From: Haliotis cracherodii
Lineage: Eukaryota
Direction of reading: 5' to 3'
Length of the DNA stretch: 64,000 bases
NCBI RefSeq assembly: GCF_022045235.1
Contig: NW_027266319.1
Coordinates: 26,598,001 to 26,662,000 of the forward strand
A program made the translations under genes and the position numbers. Each line of letters begins with the position of its first letter. Position 1 is the stretch's first letter. Below, one piece after another: positions 13,392-27,062 of this stretch. The notes beneath the pieces were generated by a model. The model did no database searches and was not told the origin of the DNA. It saw only the letters and a list, made by a program, of their open reading frames with translations.

Positions 13392-13934
13392 GGTGTTCAC
13401 GGGTCTGGTGTTCACGGGTCTGGTGTTCACGGGTTCACTTTACAGGTGCCTTATGTTGATGACAGAGGAGTTACATACTAGTGGGGGAGTGGCATCACTG
13501 GCACATTACAAACATATTTCTTCGGCTCAAACACGGCTCTATTTATATGATATTTTAGTGGTGGAATTAGGTACTCGGCGGTTTAGAGCTAATATTTGCA
13601 GATGATGATGTTTTCTCTCATAAATATATAAACTTGGTAGACTTCTGGCTAAAGAACCAGGTTTATTTGATACGTGAGAAGCCATTCCTCGTGTGCCAAC
13701 CGTAACATCGCTTGAATATTTCTAAGAGTTCATACCAAGCTCACTCACATTCCTCTCGAATATGCCAGTATATATTGCAACGTACAAACTAGTCATGTAT
13801 TTACATATTCATGTCCCACGCAACATGCTAATATCAACCTTTCAAAGGCAGTTATCTGGGAAACGTTGTCATAATAGGAAGAAATTCGTGATTAGCCTTG
13901 ACTCCAAACGAGCACTTCTTGATACCTGCTCGTA

Positions 13935-14038
13935 TCAGGTGGCCCAGTAGTCAAAGGTGCCGCAATTCACTTCGCAGAGTTGCGTCCCTTGGGCACGCCA
14001 GAAACCTATGATTGTGATTTCGGAACCCGGTTCGCATC
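13935..14038 (+). mobile_element. tRNA-derived head of SINE family D
   Basis: Matches the reverse complement of 43352-43455 and 53812-53912. Confidence 0.7.
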
Positions 14039-14284
14039 GATAATGTTTCCTGTTAAGGCGACTTTTAGGTACAGACCCTTATGAGGTTGTCAAGCAGCCG
14101 GTAATAGAATCTATACCGGAATTCATCCTTACAGTAAATAAAGAAGTTGTTATCCATAAATTGTCAGCTAAGTATAGGTCCACTCATTTTGGACCAGCAC
14201 TTTTGTCAATCACCTAAACATTACTTGCCCATATTAATGGGCCTGTTATGAGCAAACATAACCCTGATACTAGTACTATTCTCA

Positions 14285-16000
14285 GGTGAAATGTCTGGTG
14301 AACTCACGGGTGAAATGTCTGGTGAAAAGTCAGGTGAGATGTCTGGCGAAATGTCCGGTGAGATACATTAGGTGAAATATCCGGTGAGATGTCTGGTGAG
14401 GTATCCGGTGAGTTTTCTGAGGAGGTATTTGGTGAGATGTCTGGTGAAATGTCTGGTGAGATGTCTGGTGAGATGTCCGGTTAAATGTCTGGTGAGATGT
14501 CCGGTTAAATGTCTGGTGAAATGTCCGATGAAATGTCTGGTGAAATGTCCGGTTAAACGTCTGGTGAGATGTCCGGTTAAATGTCTGGTGAAATGTCCGG
14601 TGAGATGTCCAGTGAAATGTCCGGTGAAATGTCCGGTGAGATGTCTGGTGAAATGTCTGGTGAAATGTCCGGTGAAATGTCCGATGAGATGCCCGGTGAA
14701 ATGTCCGGTGAGATGTCTGGTGAAATGTCTGGTGAGATGTCCGGTGAGATGTCCTGTGAGTTGTCTGGTGAAATGTCTGGTGAAATGTACGGTGAGATGT
14801 CTGGTGAGATGTCCGGTTAAATGTCTGGTGAAATGTCCGATGAAATGTCTGGTGAAATGTCCGGTTAAATGTCCGGTGAGATGTCTGGTGAAATGTCTGG
14901 TGAAATGTCTGGTGAAATGTCTGGTGAAATGTCCGGTGAAATGTCCGGTGAGATGTCTGGTGAAATGTCTGGTGAAATGTCCGGTGAAATATCCGATGAG
15001 ATGCCCGGTGAAATGTCTGGTGAAATGTCCGGTGAGATGTCCGGTGAGATGTCCGGTGAAATGTCCGGTGAAATGTCCGGTGAGATGTCCGGTGAAATGT
15101 CCGGTGAGTTTTCTGGTGAAATGTACGGTGAGATGTCTGGTGAAATGTCCTGTGAGATGTCTGGTGAAATGTCCGCTGAAATGTCCGATGAGATGTCTGG
15201 TGAAATGTCTGGTGAAATGTCCGGTGAAATGTCCGATGAGATGTCCGGTGAGATGTCTGGTGAAATGTCTGGTGAAATGTCTGGTGAAATGTCTGGTGAG
15301 ATGTCTGGTGAGATGTCCGGTTAAATGTCTGGTGAGATGTCCGGTTAAATGTCTGGTGAAATGTCTGGTGAAATGTCCGGTTAAACGTCTGGTGAGATGT
15401 CCGGTTAAATGTCTGGTGAAATGTCCGGTGAGATGTCCAGTGAAATGTCCGGTGAAATGTCCGGTGAGATGTCTGGTGAAATGTCTGGTGAAATGTCTGG
15501 TGAAATGTCCGATGAGATGCCCGGTGAAATGTCCGGTGAGATGTCTGGTGAAATGTCTGGTGAAATGTCCGGTGAAATGTCCGGTGAGATGTCCGGTGAA
15601 ATGTCCGGTGAGATGTCTGGTGAAATGTACGGTGAGATGTCTGGTGAAATGTCCTGTGAGATGTCTGGTGAAATGTCCGCTGAAATGTCCGATGAGATGT
15701 TTGGTGAAATGTCTGGTGAAATGTCTGGTGAAATGTCCTATGAGATGTCCGTTGAGATGTCTGGTGAAATGTCTGGTGAAATGTCTGGTGAGATGTTTGA
15801 TGAGATGTCCGGTGAGATGTCCGGTGAAATGTTTGGTGAGATGTTTGATGAGATGTCCGCTGAGATGTCTGGTGAGATGTCCGGTGAGTTGTCTGGTGAG
15901 ATGTCCTGTGAGTTGTCTGGTGAAATGTCCAATGAGATGTCTGGTGAAATGTCCGGAGAGATGTCTGGTGAAATGTCTGGTGAAATGTCCGGTGAAATAT
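14285..16000. repeat. 12-bp minisatellite (GGTGARATGTCY)n, ~140 units, with internal block duplication
   Basis: Directly visible; the same variant series recurs at 14581 and 15409 (828 bp = 69 units). Confidence 0.97.
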
Positions 16001-16224
16001 GAGGTGACCTTATAGGGCGAAAATAGCGTTACGACTGTCGCAAGTCAATATGCAAGTGATTTTGTTATTATGACATTGATAGCGTCCAGAATGTGTTGAA
16101 AGGGTTCCCTTTCAGAAGCGATATATACTAAAACACTGTTTGTGGTCGTAGCACAAAGCTTGCGAAAGATACATTCATAGCTCTGGCGTTGCATTTAGAC
16201 ACAATAGTCGCTTTAAGTTGCGTA

Positions 16225-16490
16225 AAGGCGCTGAAGTTACGACAGTCGCAGCGCTGACATTGCGTTAAGACTCGGATGATACGACAGCAGTACCACCAAA
16301 GGTGCGTTCAGACACGAGAATTACGACAGTCGTGGCACTTAAACAGCGTTAAGACTCAGGAGATGCAACAGTCGTAGCACTTAAGCAGCGTTAAGACTCA
16401 GGAGATGCCACAGTCGTAGCACTGATGTTGTGGTAAAACACGGGAGTTACGACAGTCGTAGCACTGACGTTGCGTTAAGACACAGGAGAC
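16225..16490. repeat. Degenerate 42-bp tandem repeat (reverse complement of the 60890-61500 array)
   Basis: gagttacgacagtcgtagcact...gcgttaagac units. Confidence 0.75.
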
Positions 16491-16671
16491 GCAACAATGC
16501 TTATGTCGCAACAAGGAACAGTAGGCGTTCGAAGATTGTGTTACAATAACGGTAGCGATCTAAAACAGTGCTTAAGTGCAAATCGATAGTTATTAAACAA
16601 AGGCCATCGAGGAAAGAGATAGTCTATCAAGGCACTCTCTTTTAAATAACGATACTGCCTTCAGCGCAATT

Positions 16672-16682
16672 ATGTGTGTGTC

Positions 16683-16723
<41 letters not shown>
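16672..16723. repeat. (TG)n microsatellite
   Basis: Directly visible. Confidence 0.95.
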
Positions 16724-16725
<2 letters not shown>

Positions 16726-17989
16726 CTTTCTCTGCCTCCAGTATTCCAGGCAATATCCATATGGGGTGGTGGATTGATGGGTGCATTAAGTTTGATCAAA
16801 ACGGACCAGACAACCTCAATCGCTCTACTGCAGTCCCATGTACACTACTCCGTGTTTACACAATCGCCGTGTAAGCCTGTTGACATAACCTTATTAGCTA
16901 TGCCGTCAGAAAGCAGGGCCCCCACAACGTGCATTCGTAGCTCAAGAACAACCTTGAACTTGACAAAATGAGCAAAGTCACTGGTGCATTGTGGGTCACC
17001 GCGCATCACGTTCTCTGCGTGTAGACCTTGGTAGATGGAGAAAACTCACAAGAGCTGATGAATAGTATTATTTATTTAAATGAGAATTATTTGCTCTCTA
17101 TAGATCTCTACACATTCCCAAATATTATTGTAAGTTCCCCAATACCCATACATTTGGCAAGACTACTTTCCAGCAACAGCACTAAAAACCCTCAAAATTT
17201 ATGAAAACAAACCCTATATACTCAAGAATGAGTTGAAAAACCCTTCATCCTGATGTTAATATAAACGTGCAAAATATGTATACAATGTCTTAAATTGTTC
17301 TTTGTTTATTTATCTAATGTTAACTATATATTATAGTTTTGTACCACCGTGGGTGGATTTGAGTAAATAAATGAATCTGAAACTGTGTTCTGTAAGCCTG
17401 ATCTAACTTATAAACGGTGACAAAAAAGGATTATATTTTGTTGTTAAAACGAAACACAGCAATAAATCAATTTTCTACTTTGTTGTCAACACGCGACGCT
17501 GGATCATTAAATTTGCCAAGTAGTTTCAGTCACTATGTCCAGAGAGAAACTCACATAATTAGCAACACGCCGATGTCTATAAGCTATACACTGTTAAAGT
17601 ATAATTGTCGTGTAAACTTGTTGATATAGTCTCATAAACAGGGATGTTAGAATGTAGGGCACCTACAGCCTGCTTGCGCAGCTCAAAAGCAATTTTGAAC
17701 TTGACAACGCCGAACGCCAGATTAGAATATCAGAAAGCCCAAAAGCCGAACACCGATTCTGCCGTGAATGCAGTGAACCGTGAATGCATACCGTCTTACG
17801 ATATAAACGAGGCATACCTAAAAGCATTAGTAGGAATTCGTTTTATGATAAAAAAGATTTATACAGAAAGTGAGTGAGTGAGTGAGTGAGTTGGGTGGAG
17901 TTAACGGTGGTAACAATAATTTGTTCCAAGCACCTACGGTATTCGGTATTAACATCAACAGTTTAAATCATAAGTCCAAAGCACGAGAA

Positions 17990-18996
17990 TCTGATGGCAC
18001 ACAAGTTTAGTAGCGTGTATGGCCACCATGTGCGTTGACGACTGCTACACAACGCCTCCGCATGGACCTTGTGATGCTTGTGAACACATGATTGGGAAGA
18101 CAACGCCATTATGCTGCAAAATGGTGCCAAGATCTTGCAAATTCCTTGGTTGGTTCTGGAGAGTGCGCAGACTTCGGCCAAGAGTATCCCAGACGTGTTC
18201 GATGGGATGGAGGTCGGAAGACCTCGACGGCCAGTCCATGACTTTGACTCCCGCATTCTGAAGGAAATTCCTTGTCAAAATTGCTGTGTGGGTACTGGCA
18301 TTGTCATGTTGGAAGATTAAACCGGGTCCACGTGCTGCCATAAAAGGCAGAAGTTCTGGTCCCAGTACCTGGTCGCGGTAAGCAGCAGCGTTGAGGTTGC
18401 CACGGATGACAAGAAGCCTGGAACGTGCATTGCCACAGAAAGCACCCCACACCATGACACTTCCGCCTCGAAATATGTCAACTTCCTGTACACAACACTG
18501 GGCGTAATGTTCATGACGGCGCCTACACACCCTCGCCCTACCATCAGCAAATCGAAGTTTAAGTCGGGATTCATCACTAAAGACGATTTGATTCCAATTC
18601 CTCTGAGTCCATCGTAAGTGTCGCTGTGCCCACAATTGACGTTAAAGTCTGTGTAATTGAGTCAGAATCGGCCCGCAGTATGGCCGTCGTGCTTGAAGGT
18701 GAGCAGTTCTCAGACAGTTTCGAACAGTTTGCGCACTCAGTCTGTTAATGACTGCTAACAAGTATGGCTGAAAACACGTGCGGTATTATGGCCACGTGAC
18801 CAGTTGCACGTGAAAAACCACTTTTGCCACTATAGTGCTGTGCACATGATTTTGATCGATTCACCTGCAAAAAACGGGTGTTATCTGAAGACAATACGTG
18901 GCCATTACTGTTTAAATACACAATAAGGGCCCACAATGATAACTGGTCAAAATGTTAAAATTTTAGGATTGTGAACTTTTTAATTTAGTTCAGTAT
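17990..18996 (-). mobile_element. Tc1 (DD34E) transposon remnant
   Basis: ORF 18045-18635: IVFSDES, GGSVMVWG, FQHDNA-x-WPSRSSDLHPIEHVW with D-34-E spacing; TIR-like end tatactgaac at 18996; internal deletion. Confidence 0.9.
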
Positions 18997-19099
18997 ACAT
19001 TTATACGAGGAACCGTACAAGGTATTGAGCCAAAATGTTGTGGAGAGAAGACTTGCTGATTGTAGTCATCTCAGTTATCGGTATATAGGAAAAGCACAA

Positions 19100-19920
19100 G
19101 GTGAAGATCAGCTACCATCAATAACGCGAATGTCCCCCGTTGAAATCGATAGCTGCCTGCCATCTCATGCCATTGGAAGAGGCGAGTATGCGAATCATAT
19201 CCTGGGGAATGGTAGCCCACTCGGTCTGCAACGCAAAAGTCAACTGCTGCAACTGGGGTTGTGGTTGACGTCGGCGTAGCCGTCTATCCAATTCATCCCA
19301 CAGGTGCTCTATCGGGATCAAATCCGGGGATCTGGAGGGCCAGGGGAGAACATCACGTTGTTGTTGTGTAGACAGGCTCTTGTGATCCGTGCTGTATGTG
19401 GTCGAGCGTTGTCCTGCTGGAATACACCGTTGCCGTTGGCTGCAATTTGGAGGACGTGTAGTAGGAGAATTTTGTTGATGCATCATTGAGCCGTAAGATT
19501 GCCCTGGATATGGACCAAACCTATCCTGCCATGATGAGAGATCCACTTCATAACGCAGTATCCGGCGTAACATTTCCCCCGACGTCTGTAGACTCGTGCT
19601 CTTCCATCCCCTCGATGGAGGAGAAATCTTGATTCGTTGCTGAACCAGACATCTCTCCATCGCGATTGAGGTCACTGCCTGTGTTGAAGACACCAATGCA
19701 GTCGTTGTTGACAGTGGTGTCGACTCAATATGACACGTCGAAGAGGACGTCTTGCTCGTAGACCTGCTGCTCTTAAACGGTTCCGTACGGTCTGGTCGGA
19801 GATTCTGCGCAGTCCGGGTATTTTGGGTGCGGTTGAGGTGGCTGTGGTCGTTCTTTCACGTAGGTGGCGCAGTCGGATGTAGCCATCTTGGGCGGGGATA
19901 GTTAATCTTGGTCGTTACAC
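19100..19920 (-). mobile_element. Second Tc1 transposase remnant, frameshifted
   Basis: LPWPSRSPDLIPIEHLWDELDRR...WATIPQDMIRIL...GGHSRY; upstream TVRNRLRAAGLRARRP segment. Confidence 0.88.
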
Positions 19921-20076
19921 TGAAAACCCTGGCTACAGCTGATCGGGATTCACCTGACTTCAAGCGGCCTATGACGTTGATTTCTTTGCACTATTAATCT
20001 TGGCATGTTGTTAAACTGTCACTGTTCGATTGACGCAGATGCCAGGCATTTTAATACTGTTCATAGTGCTGCTGGA

Positions 20077-21421
20077 GTAAACTCCAGATTCCGACGCACA
20101 TAGTTCGTAACACACGACTGCCGTTTTTGAAACAGGTTATTACATGCTTAACAGATCAAAGTGTTCACTGTGTAGAGTTCAAGGGCTTGCTAGTTTTGTC
20201 AGTTTGCAATCGATTTCGAGGAGGGGTACGACAAGGATTGGCTTCTCACATTGTAAGAAAAAATGTGACACCAGTGGCCTAAAATCACGAGCAACGATCC
20301 ACGTCATCCGAGCACCCTGTACCGCAGTCAGTCATGCCGACCGCTTCTTGTTGTTATCGGCTCTTGCTAGGACCTCTGTCCAAAATTATCTCCGTTGATC
20401 GTGTGTTCGAATCCAAGGTTTACCATTATTCAAAACTGTCCTTGATGTGTACCAAAGTGATAAATGTGAACGATCTAAGTCTAGCTTTCCTATCGCATTA
20501 AGTCATCACACCGTTGGGTTAACGATTTATCCCATTCACTCAATCACAGTATTGCGTGACGATAGCACGCTTTAAGCACCAGACCAGCCCAGCACCATCT
20601 TAATGCCTGGTTTTAGCTGGTCGATGCTGGGAACGTAGACGACCCAGTCTTTCTCTATCGCGTGTTGTTTGTGGAGTTAATATTGTGTTACCGGCAAACC
20701 ACTGCTAACTGAACAAACTAAACAAACAAACTTATAACTTAGTAATAGTGACGTTAACTTATTTCATTAAATACAAACAAGTACATCGTTGGTTAAAAAT
20801 TAAACACCATGTGCCACTGAAACACATGTCGTACTCTTACCTGAAGACGTAACTCTCTGTGGATGCCTTCTTCTGAACCAGCGCCAGTTTCAAGAAACGG
20901 ACTGGAAACCTTTTCGATTTGAACAAAAATTAGCCAACACAAATTTCATGTTCTAAGAGTCCTTTTTCCAGTATTCATAGTTACGGTTTTCTAAGACTTG
21001 ACTGACTGCGGCTCAGGGTTCAGGGATGTTCACATTTATCACTTTGGTACACATCAAGGACAATTTTGAATAATAGTAAACCTTGGATTCGAACACACGA
21101 TCAACGGAGATAATTTTGGACAGAGGTCCTAGCAAGAGCCGATAACAATAAGAAGCGGCCGGCATGACTGACTGCGGTACAGGGTGCTCGGATGACGTGG
21201 ATCGTTGCTCGTGATTTTAGGCCACTGGTTTCACATTTTTCTTACAACGTGAGAAGTCTATCCTTGCTGTTCCCCTCCTCGAAATCGATTGCATATTGGT
21301 AAAACCAGCAACCCTTTGAACTCTACACAGTGAAATCTTTGCTCTGTTAAGCATGTAATAACCTGTTTCAAAAACGTCAGTCGTATGTTACGAACTATAT
21401 ACGGCGGAATCTGGCGTTAAC
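20077..21421. repeat. Centre of the palindrome: ~395-bp inverted arms (20077-20471, 21028-21421) with a 556-bp spacer
   Basis: Base-by-base reverse complementarity; inner half nearly perfect. Confidence 0.95.
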
Positions 21422-21855
21422 AGTTAATATCGCAGCTCCGTTGCTGCCTCAGATACTTTGTAGTTAGCGGAATAAACCGAGTGGATCCGAGTGCATGGTG
21501 ACGGATCTGGCGTGTTCAGTTATATATAACTTCATTGCCGCCATAAGTGCTTTAAGTTAGCGGAATAAGCCGAGTGGGTCCGATTGCAGGATGGCGGATC
21601 TGGAGTTAATATCATAACTCCATTTCTGCTTAAAGTTCTATGTAATTAGCGGAATAAACCGAGTGGATCCGAGTGCAGGGTGGTGGATCTGGCGTTTACA
21701 GTTAAAATCGCATCTCCATTGCTGCCTCAACTACCATGTAGTTCGCGGAATAAGCCGAGTGGATCCGAGTGCAGGGTGACGGATATGACGTGAACAGTAA
21801 ATATCGCAACTCCATTGCTGCCTCAACTACTATGTAGTTAGTGGAATAAGCCGCA
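21410..21855. repeat. ~95-bp diverged tandem repeat, ~5 units
   Basis: cggaataa.ccgagtggatccgagtgca motif recurring near 21468, 21561, 21650, 21747 and 21843. Confidence 0.85.
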
Positions 21856-22881
21856 TCGTGAGTAGACTCACTGAATGTAAGTTGAGAATCTCGGGATCTG
21901 TTTAAATTAATTGCATTTCTGTTTTTCATTTTTAGTATTTGTACTCTTTCTGAATAAATCGTTTATATCATAAAGCGTATTTCTACTAATGCATTTCGGT
22001 ATGCCTCGTTTATATCATAAAACGGTATGCATTCACGGCTAATCCTTCGATTTGGCGTTCGCGGTATCAACATCAGAATCGGTGTTCGGCTTTCGGGGAC
22101 TATCAGATATTCTAATCCGGCGTTCCCGGCCCACAGCCGTCAGAATGTATGCTCCCTGCAGTCATTGGTGCGTTGAGGCTCATTTGAAACATGTTTACGA
22201 CAAAATGTATATCAGCGTGTATTATCCTAAGAACATAAACGTGTTGAAGTAAGTGCTTTGGGCATTAAGAGAAATATGGATAAGATGTATAACATATTGA
22301 AATGGGGCGGTGGGGTATCCTAGTGGTTAAAGCGTTCGCTCGTCACGTCCTGTTCAAAAGACTATGTCAACAAGTTTTAACGACAATTGTATGTTTTACA
22401 GTGTATAGCAGCAACACGCAACGCGCGGTGACCCACAATGCACCAGTGACTTTGCTCATTTTGTCAAGTTCCAGGTTGTTCTTGAGCTATGAATGCACGT
22501 TGTGCATTCTGACCGCACAGTTATTGAGGCTATGTCAACAGGCTTATACGGCGATTGTGCATCTGTTTAATATTCAATTAAAGGGGCGCTGATCTACAGC
22601 AATTCCCCGGGACTGGCTGTTGCCTTTGTTATTGTTTTTCCCAGTGAGTACCCGGATGACATAGCAGAAATCTAGACTAGTTCGCGACCTGTGCTGCGCC
22701 ATTCGTAAGTGCATCTGTCGCTTTTATTGATAATGTAAGGGCGCATAGGCATTGATCAACAAACTGAAATATAGTTTAGTCTTGAAAATAATAACGACAT
22801 GTAGGTATCTTTGCAAAGGTAATGGTGACGCAGTGAATTGCGGCACCTTTGACTACTGGGCCACCTGATACGAGCCAGTAC

Positions 22882-23190
22882 CAATCACTGGATTGTCTGG
22901 TCCAGACTCGATTATTTACAGACCGCCATCATATAACTGGAATATTGCTGAGTGCGGCGTTAAACAATAAACAAACAAACAAACAAACAAGTGAACATCC
23001 GGGCTAGAATAGGTATTAAGCAACCCATCCTTGTCGTAAGAGGCGACTATCGGGATCGAGTGGTTAGGCTCGCTGCCTTGATTGCAGCATGTCAATGTAT
23101 CCCCATTGCGTATATCGATACTTATTATCTCAATACCTGGATCGTCTAGACTCGATTCGATTATTTACAGACCGCCGTCAAAAAACTAAA
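22882..23190 (+). mobile_element. Two adjacent SINE family B pieces (a 3' fragment and a near-full copy)
   Basis: gattgtctggtccagactcgattatttacagaccgcc body with AAAC tail; cttgtcgtaagaggcgact head. Confidence 0.8.
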
Positions 23191-23547
23191 AACACGTAAA
23201 TTGAGTGAGTGAGTATGGTTTCAAACGGCTTGTACAATATTCCATATCGTGGCGTGGATGTGGAATCCGATCATTCGGCGTGACGAGCGAACACATTAAT
23301 CACAAGCCTTACAGAACACGTTGAGAACGTGATGCACGGTGACCCAGAATGCACCAGTGACCTTGAACATTTTTACCAAGTTCAAGTTTGTGCTTGAGCT
23401 GTGAAAGCACGTTGTTGGGGCCCTGCATTCTGACAGCCTCCTTATTTGGGCTTCGTCAGGCGTAGACTGCGATGGTGTATCTGTTTATTTAAAGCATTAA
23501 GAACACGAATCACAAGCTTCAAAACACAACGTCGTGTACATTGGACT

Positions 23548-23706
23548 AGGGTGGTCGGTCAGCCTGGTGGTTAAACGTTCGCTCATCACGCCGAAAACCA
23601 GGGTTCGATTCCCGACATGGGTACATTGTGTGAAGCCCATTTCTGGTGTTCCGCCGTGATATTGCTGGAATATTGCTAAGAACGGCGTAAAATCAAACTC
23701 ACTCAC
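23548..23706 (+). mobile_element. SINE family A inserted after the inverted duplication
   Basis: TSD acatt(g/a)gacta; empty site at ~12728-12742 in the left arm. Confidence 0.88.
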
Positions 23707-24280
23707 ACATTAGACTAAAGTAGAGCGACAGAGTATGTTTGGTCCGCTGTGACACAACTTTATATTCAACCCATGTGGATATTACATCACACGCATGCGT
23801 AAAACCATGGGAGCGTCGGTGTTTTATTCCATCTGTGTACAACCTCAACACTAGTCCATGTAATATGTTTTCCATCGAGTAGAACTCTTGTAAACTGTGG
23901 ATAGTTATGGTAGTGAGATTTCTTTGTTTACCTCACATAAAGAAACGAAAGCAAACCTTACTGAAAGTCTCTAAACTTTAGGCAAACCGGAATTATGACG
24001 TTAACAATGATCTCAGGGGCTCCCAGGGACAGAGTGATGGCCTAGTGGTTAGTGCTTTCAGTTTTTTCATTTCATTTTAGTTTTTGATCTTTTCGTTTTG
24101 GTTTTGACATTTCCGTTTCAGACATCTTCGCTTTACATTTCAGCGACTCAATAGCTACTTGAATGTACATTTCCATGTTTTCGGTTGTTTTTATACATGA
24201 TTTATCACACATTTTTATGACAAATTGTGTTAATTAGCAAAAGGTTACGATAAAAAGTAAGTGAAACATCAAAATATTGA

Positions 24281-24522
24281 AAAACAGACTCCATGTCCCT
24301 TATGGGCCACTGTAAAAGAACAGACTCCATGTCCCTTATGGGCCACTGTAAAAAACAGACTCCATGTCCCTTATGGGCCACTGTAAAAATACAGACTCCA
24401 TGTCTCTTATGGGCCACTGTAAAAAACAGACTCCATGTCCCTTATGGGCCACTGTAAAAAAACAGACTCCATGTCCCTTATGGGCCACTGTAAAAAACAG
24501 ACTCCATGTCCCTTATGGGCCA
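24281..24522. repeat. ~37-bp tandem repeat, ~6.5 copies
   Basis: aaaaacagactccatgtcccttatgggccactgt units. Confidence 0.95.
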
Positions 24523-24989
24523 CCGTAGTTTACTGCTCAAATAGTGATGTAGACTTTGTCCGTGGTTATATTTGTACAGTCTTCTCCACCAGAAACCACG
24601 CCCCCTTCTATTTCATAGTGAATGAATACTGTCAATCAGGAATGTTTCGCAAGCATGGTTTATTTTGAGTACTCCGAAATATGGGAGTCCTACTCATGCA
24701 CCCCCAATGGTTTCTACTGAAGGTGAAGGTTCACTGACCTGAGCCGATCACGTACCACATGATGACGTAGCACATTTAAGAATGTGTATGATGATATGAA
24801 CTATATTGGGGCCGACCGATAGAATGTCTGTACAAACAACAAATCACGTTTCAAGATCACCCAAGAGTAGTTTGATGATGGTTAGATGACAACCTTGGGT
24901 AAAAACCAAAGTCACCAGGCATTTTACAAGAAAGTTTTCTTTCATACATGCATAACAATTCTCCAGATAAAATGTTTGATAAACTATCA

Positions 24990-26250
24990 TTCTGTAAAAT
25001 ATGAATTTACCTTTCATCCTCGTTAAGGTCGTTAAAAGTTAGGTACACAATTACGTGGATAAATTCATCTCTCCAGTCAGAACAAAAAGGAAAGGAAATT
25101 AAAAAATGCCTCTCATCTTCATCAGTGCGGACATTATAGATACTAAAACAATGTGGACAAATTCTTAACTTGTTGCCATTAATATTATTAGAATCATTCC
25201 ATAATTCTTTTCTCCAGTTATCGTCATGTTGGTTAATAATACATTCTTGAATTTATTCAGTCTTCTTTCTTTTTGAAAAAGTAGATTCTAAAATATGATT
25301 AACAACATACAAATTGACCATTTATTTCACCTTACAAAACCAAGATATTACTATATTGTTGGACCAGCTAAATTGTTTACAGCATTATTCTATCATATGC
25401 TGTTGGTGTTCGTACTAGACAAAAATTCTGAAAACGCTTGTGTGCATATTTACAATAGATGAGTCGAGCCCTATGCCGCCATTAACAACGAGAGTAGAGG
25501 TATTTTTACTCACTCCAAGGAACAAAATGGCATGCCTAGTATTGCAGGGTAGTAATCGCTTTGTATACACCCCACATTGCTGCTCTATAAAAGTTTCATG
25601 CAAATTGATAATAACCTGATAACACATTCCTCCTGTCGTGTCAAATCTCGTAAATATTGATGATAATGCAAGACTGTCTAAAATACTCATTTAATCATAA
25701 TCCTTGATATTTTTACATATTACATATTTGAATGTGATATCACCACAAGTGAAATGATAATTGGATCTTGTTACAGATGGGCACGTAAAATGCACTATAT
25801 TTGTCTTTTTCCTGTTTTTGATAGATGCTAACGTTTACACCATTCATTTAAAACGCTGAGCATGAATTGTAGCGACGCTTCATCAGGTTAAAATAGTGCA
25901 ATATCATCGACAAATAATAGCATTGACAGCATGACACCACCCATTTGATTACATCAGTTAAGTTTATTTGTATCAGCAACCAGACCGTTAATGTACATGG
26001 AGAATATAGGGATTTTATAGCATCAAGCAATTTACTTTTTAAGTCAAAGGCTTCGCAGTTTGAACAAGAGACAGAGTCGAAATGCTTTTTTAGAATCAAC
26101 AAAACTAACAATAGTTGACTTTTTTGTTTTTCTGTTCTGAATCAATGTCGATAAAACATATAGCACCCTTTCTCGTCAAACATGCTCAATTTGGCATATA
26201 TACTGTCGTCGTCAAATATCTCTACAAAATATGTTTCAGGAACAGTGTTT
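24990..26250 (-). mobile_element. Degraded LINE RT fragment (RTE-X-like)
   Basis: FVD.KKAFDSV-like motif near 26100 and C-terminal HF Cys motif near 25100; many stops and frameshifts. Confidence 0.65.
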
Positions 26251-27062
26251 GAGTGATTTTTAGATTTTATGTAAATGTGTTGATTTGATTTATTATATAA
26301 CCACGAGATGCAATCTGATATTTTCATCGGACAGTTTTTTAAAGGAACAAAATGGCTTATATTTCGGTGTCGTTTAATAACTACACACAATAAATGCATA
26401 ATGCAGAGATCATGAAATAGGTTTCGAATCACACAAATTTATCTGTATATAATAATTATAATAATCATGATAATGATAATAATAATAATAATGATAATAA
26501 TAATAAAAGGTTGTTTGTACCGAAATGGGAAAAAAACCCGATTCGTCCCAGAGCGAACGGTATCTGAGGTTGCAAGCTAAGTTACTTTATGTTATAAGTG
26601 TTAAGGTCGCAAGGTTAATGGTTAATCATGGTTTGATCTCAGTGACTTATTTGGTCGAAAAGTATCCACAAGATCGTATGACAAAAATGTGTGAATTTTC
26701 AGGGCTTCTAAATTCTCTGTAAGAGTTTTCTTTCAAAATTAAACGACCAGTTCCGAATGGAAAAAAAGACCGAGCCATAACATTGTTGAGGATATTATGA
26801 ATATCATGTCGTTTCAACATCCAAAAGGGAGTACCGTCCAGGGAAAATTTGTATTCTGCGTGTGCTTTCGTATTATAATCGGCATTTACGAATCGAGGTG
26901 GTAAAGAAATGCAGTGAGGTAGCAGTGTACATTGGAACAAAGTAGAGCAACTGAGGTTGTTTCCACAAAACTTAATGCACCCATACATTAACCCAGACGG
27001 TTATTTCCTCACACGCATGCCGGGTGGAACTGTTGTAAGCTGTGGGTAGTTTTTTTTATAAA

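Larger units (their letters stand above)
6231..20471 (-). repeat. Left arm of a degraded giant inverted duplication (right arm 21028-37836)
   Basis: Nested collinear reverse-complement matches: 6231-10732/31165-37836, 10733-11580/24990-25836, 12400-13130/23180-24055, 13925-13970/22832-22876, 16860-17010/22420-22560, 17707-17870/21943-22128, 20077-20471/21028-21421. Confidence 0.85.

Noticed and set aside
14372-16015. 547-aa Cys-rich ORF (CLVK/CPVR) and overlapping MSGE ORFs
   Set aside because: Translation of a 12-bp minisatellite that is open in several frames; the same repeat is intronic at 28 kb and 63.5 kb
18045-19696. Functional Tc1 transposases
   Set aside because: Stops, frameshifts, truncated N-termini and no intact TIR pair
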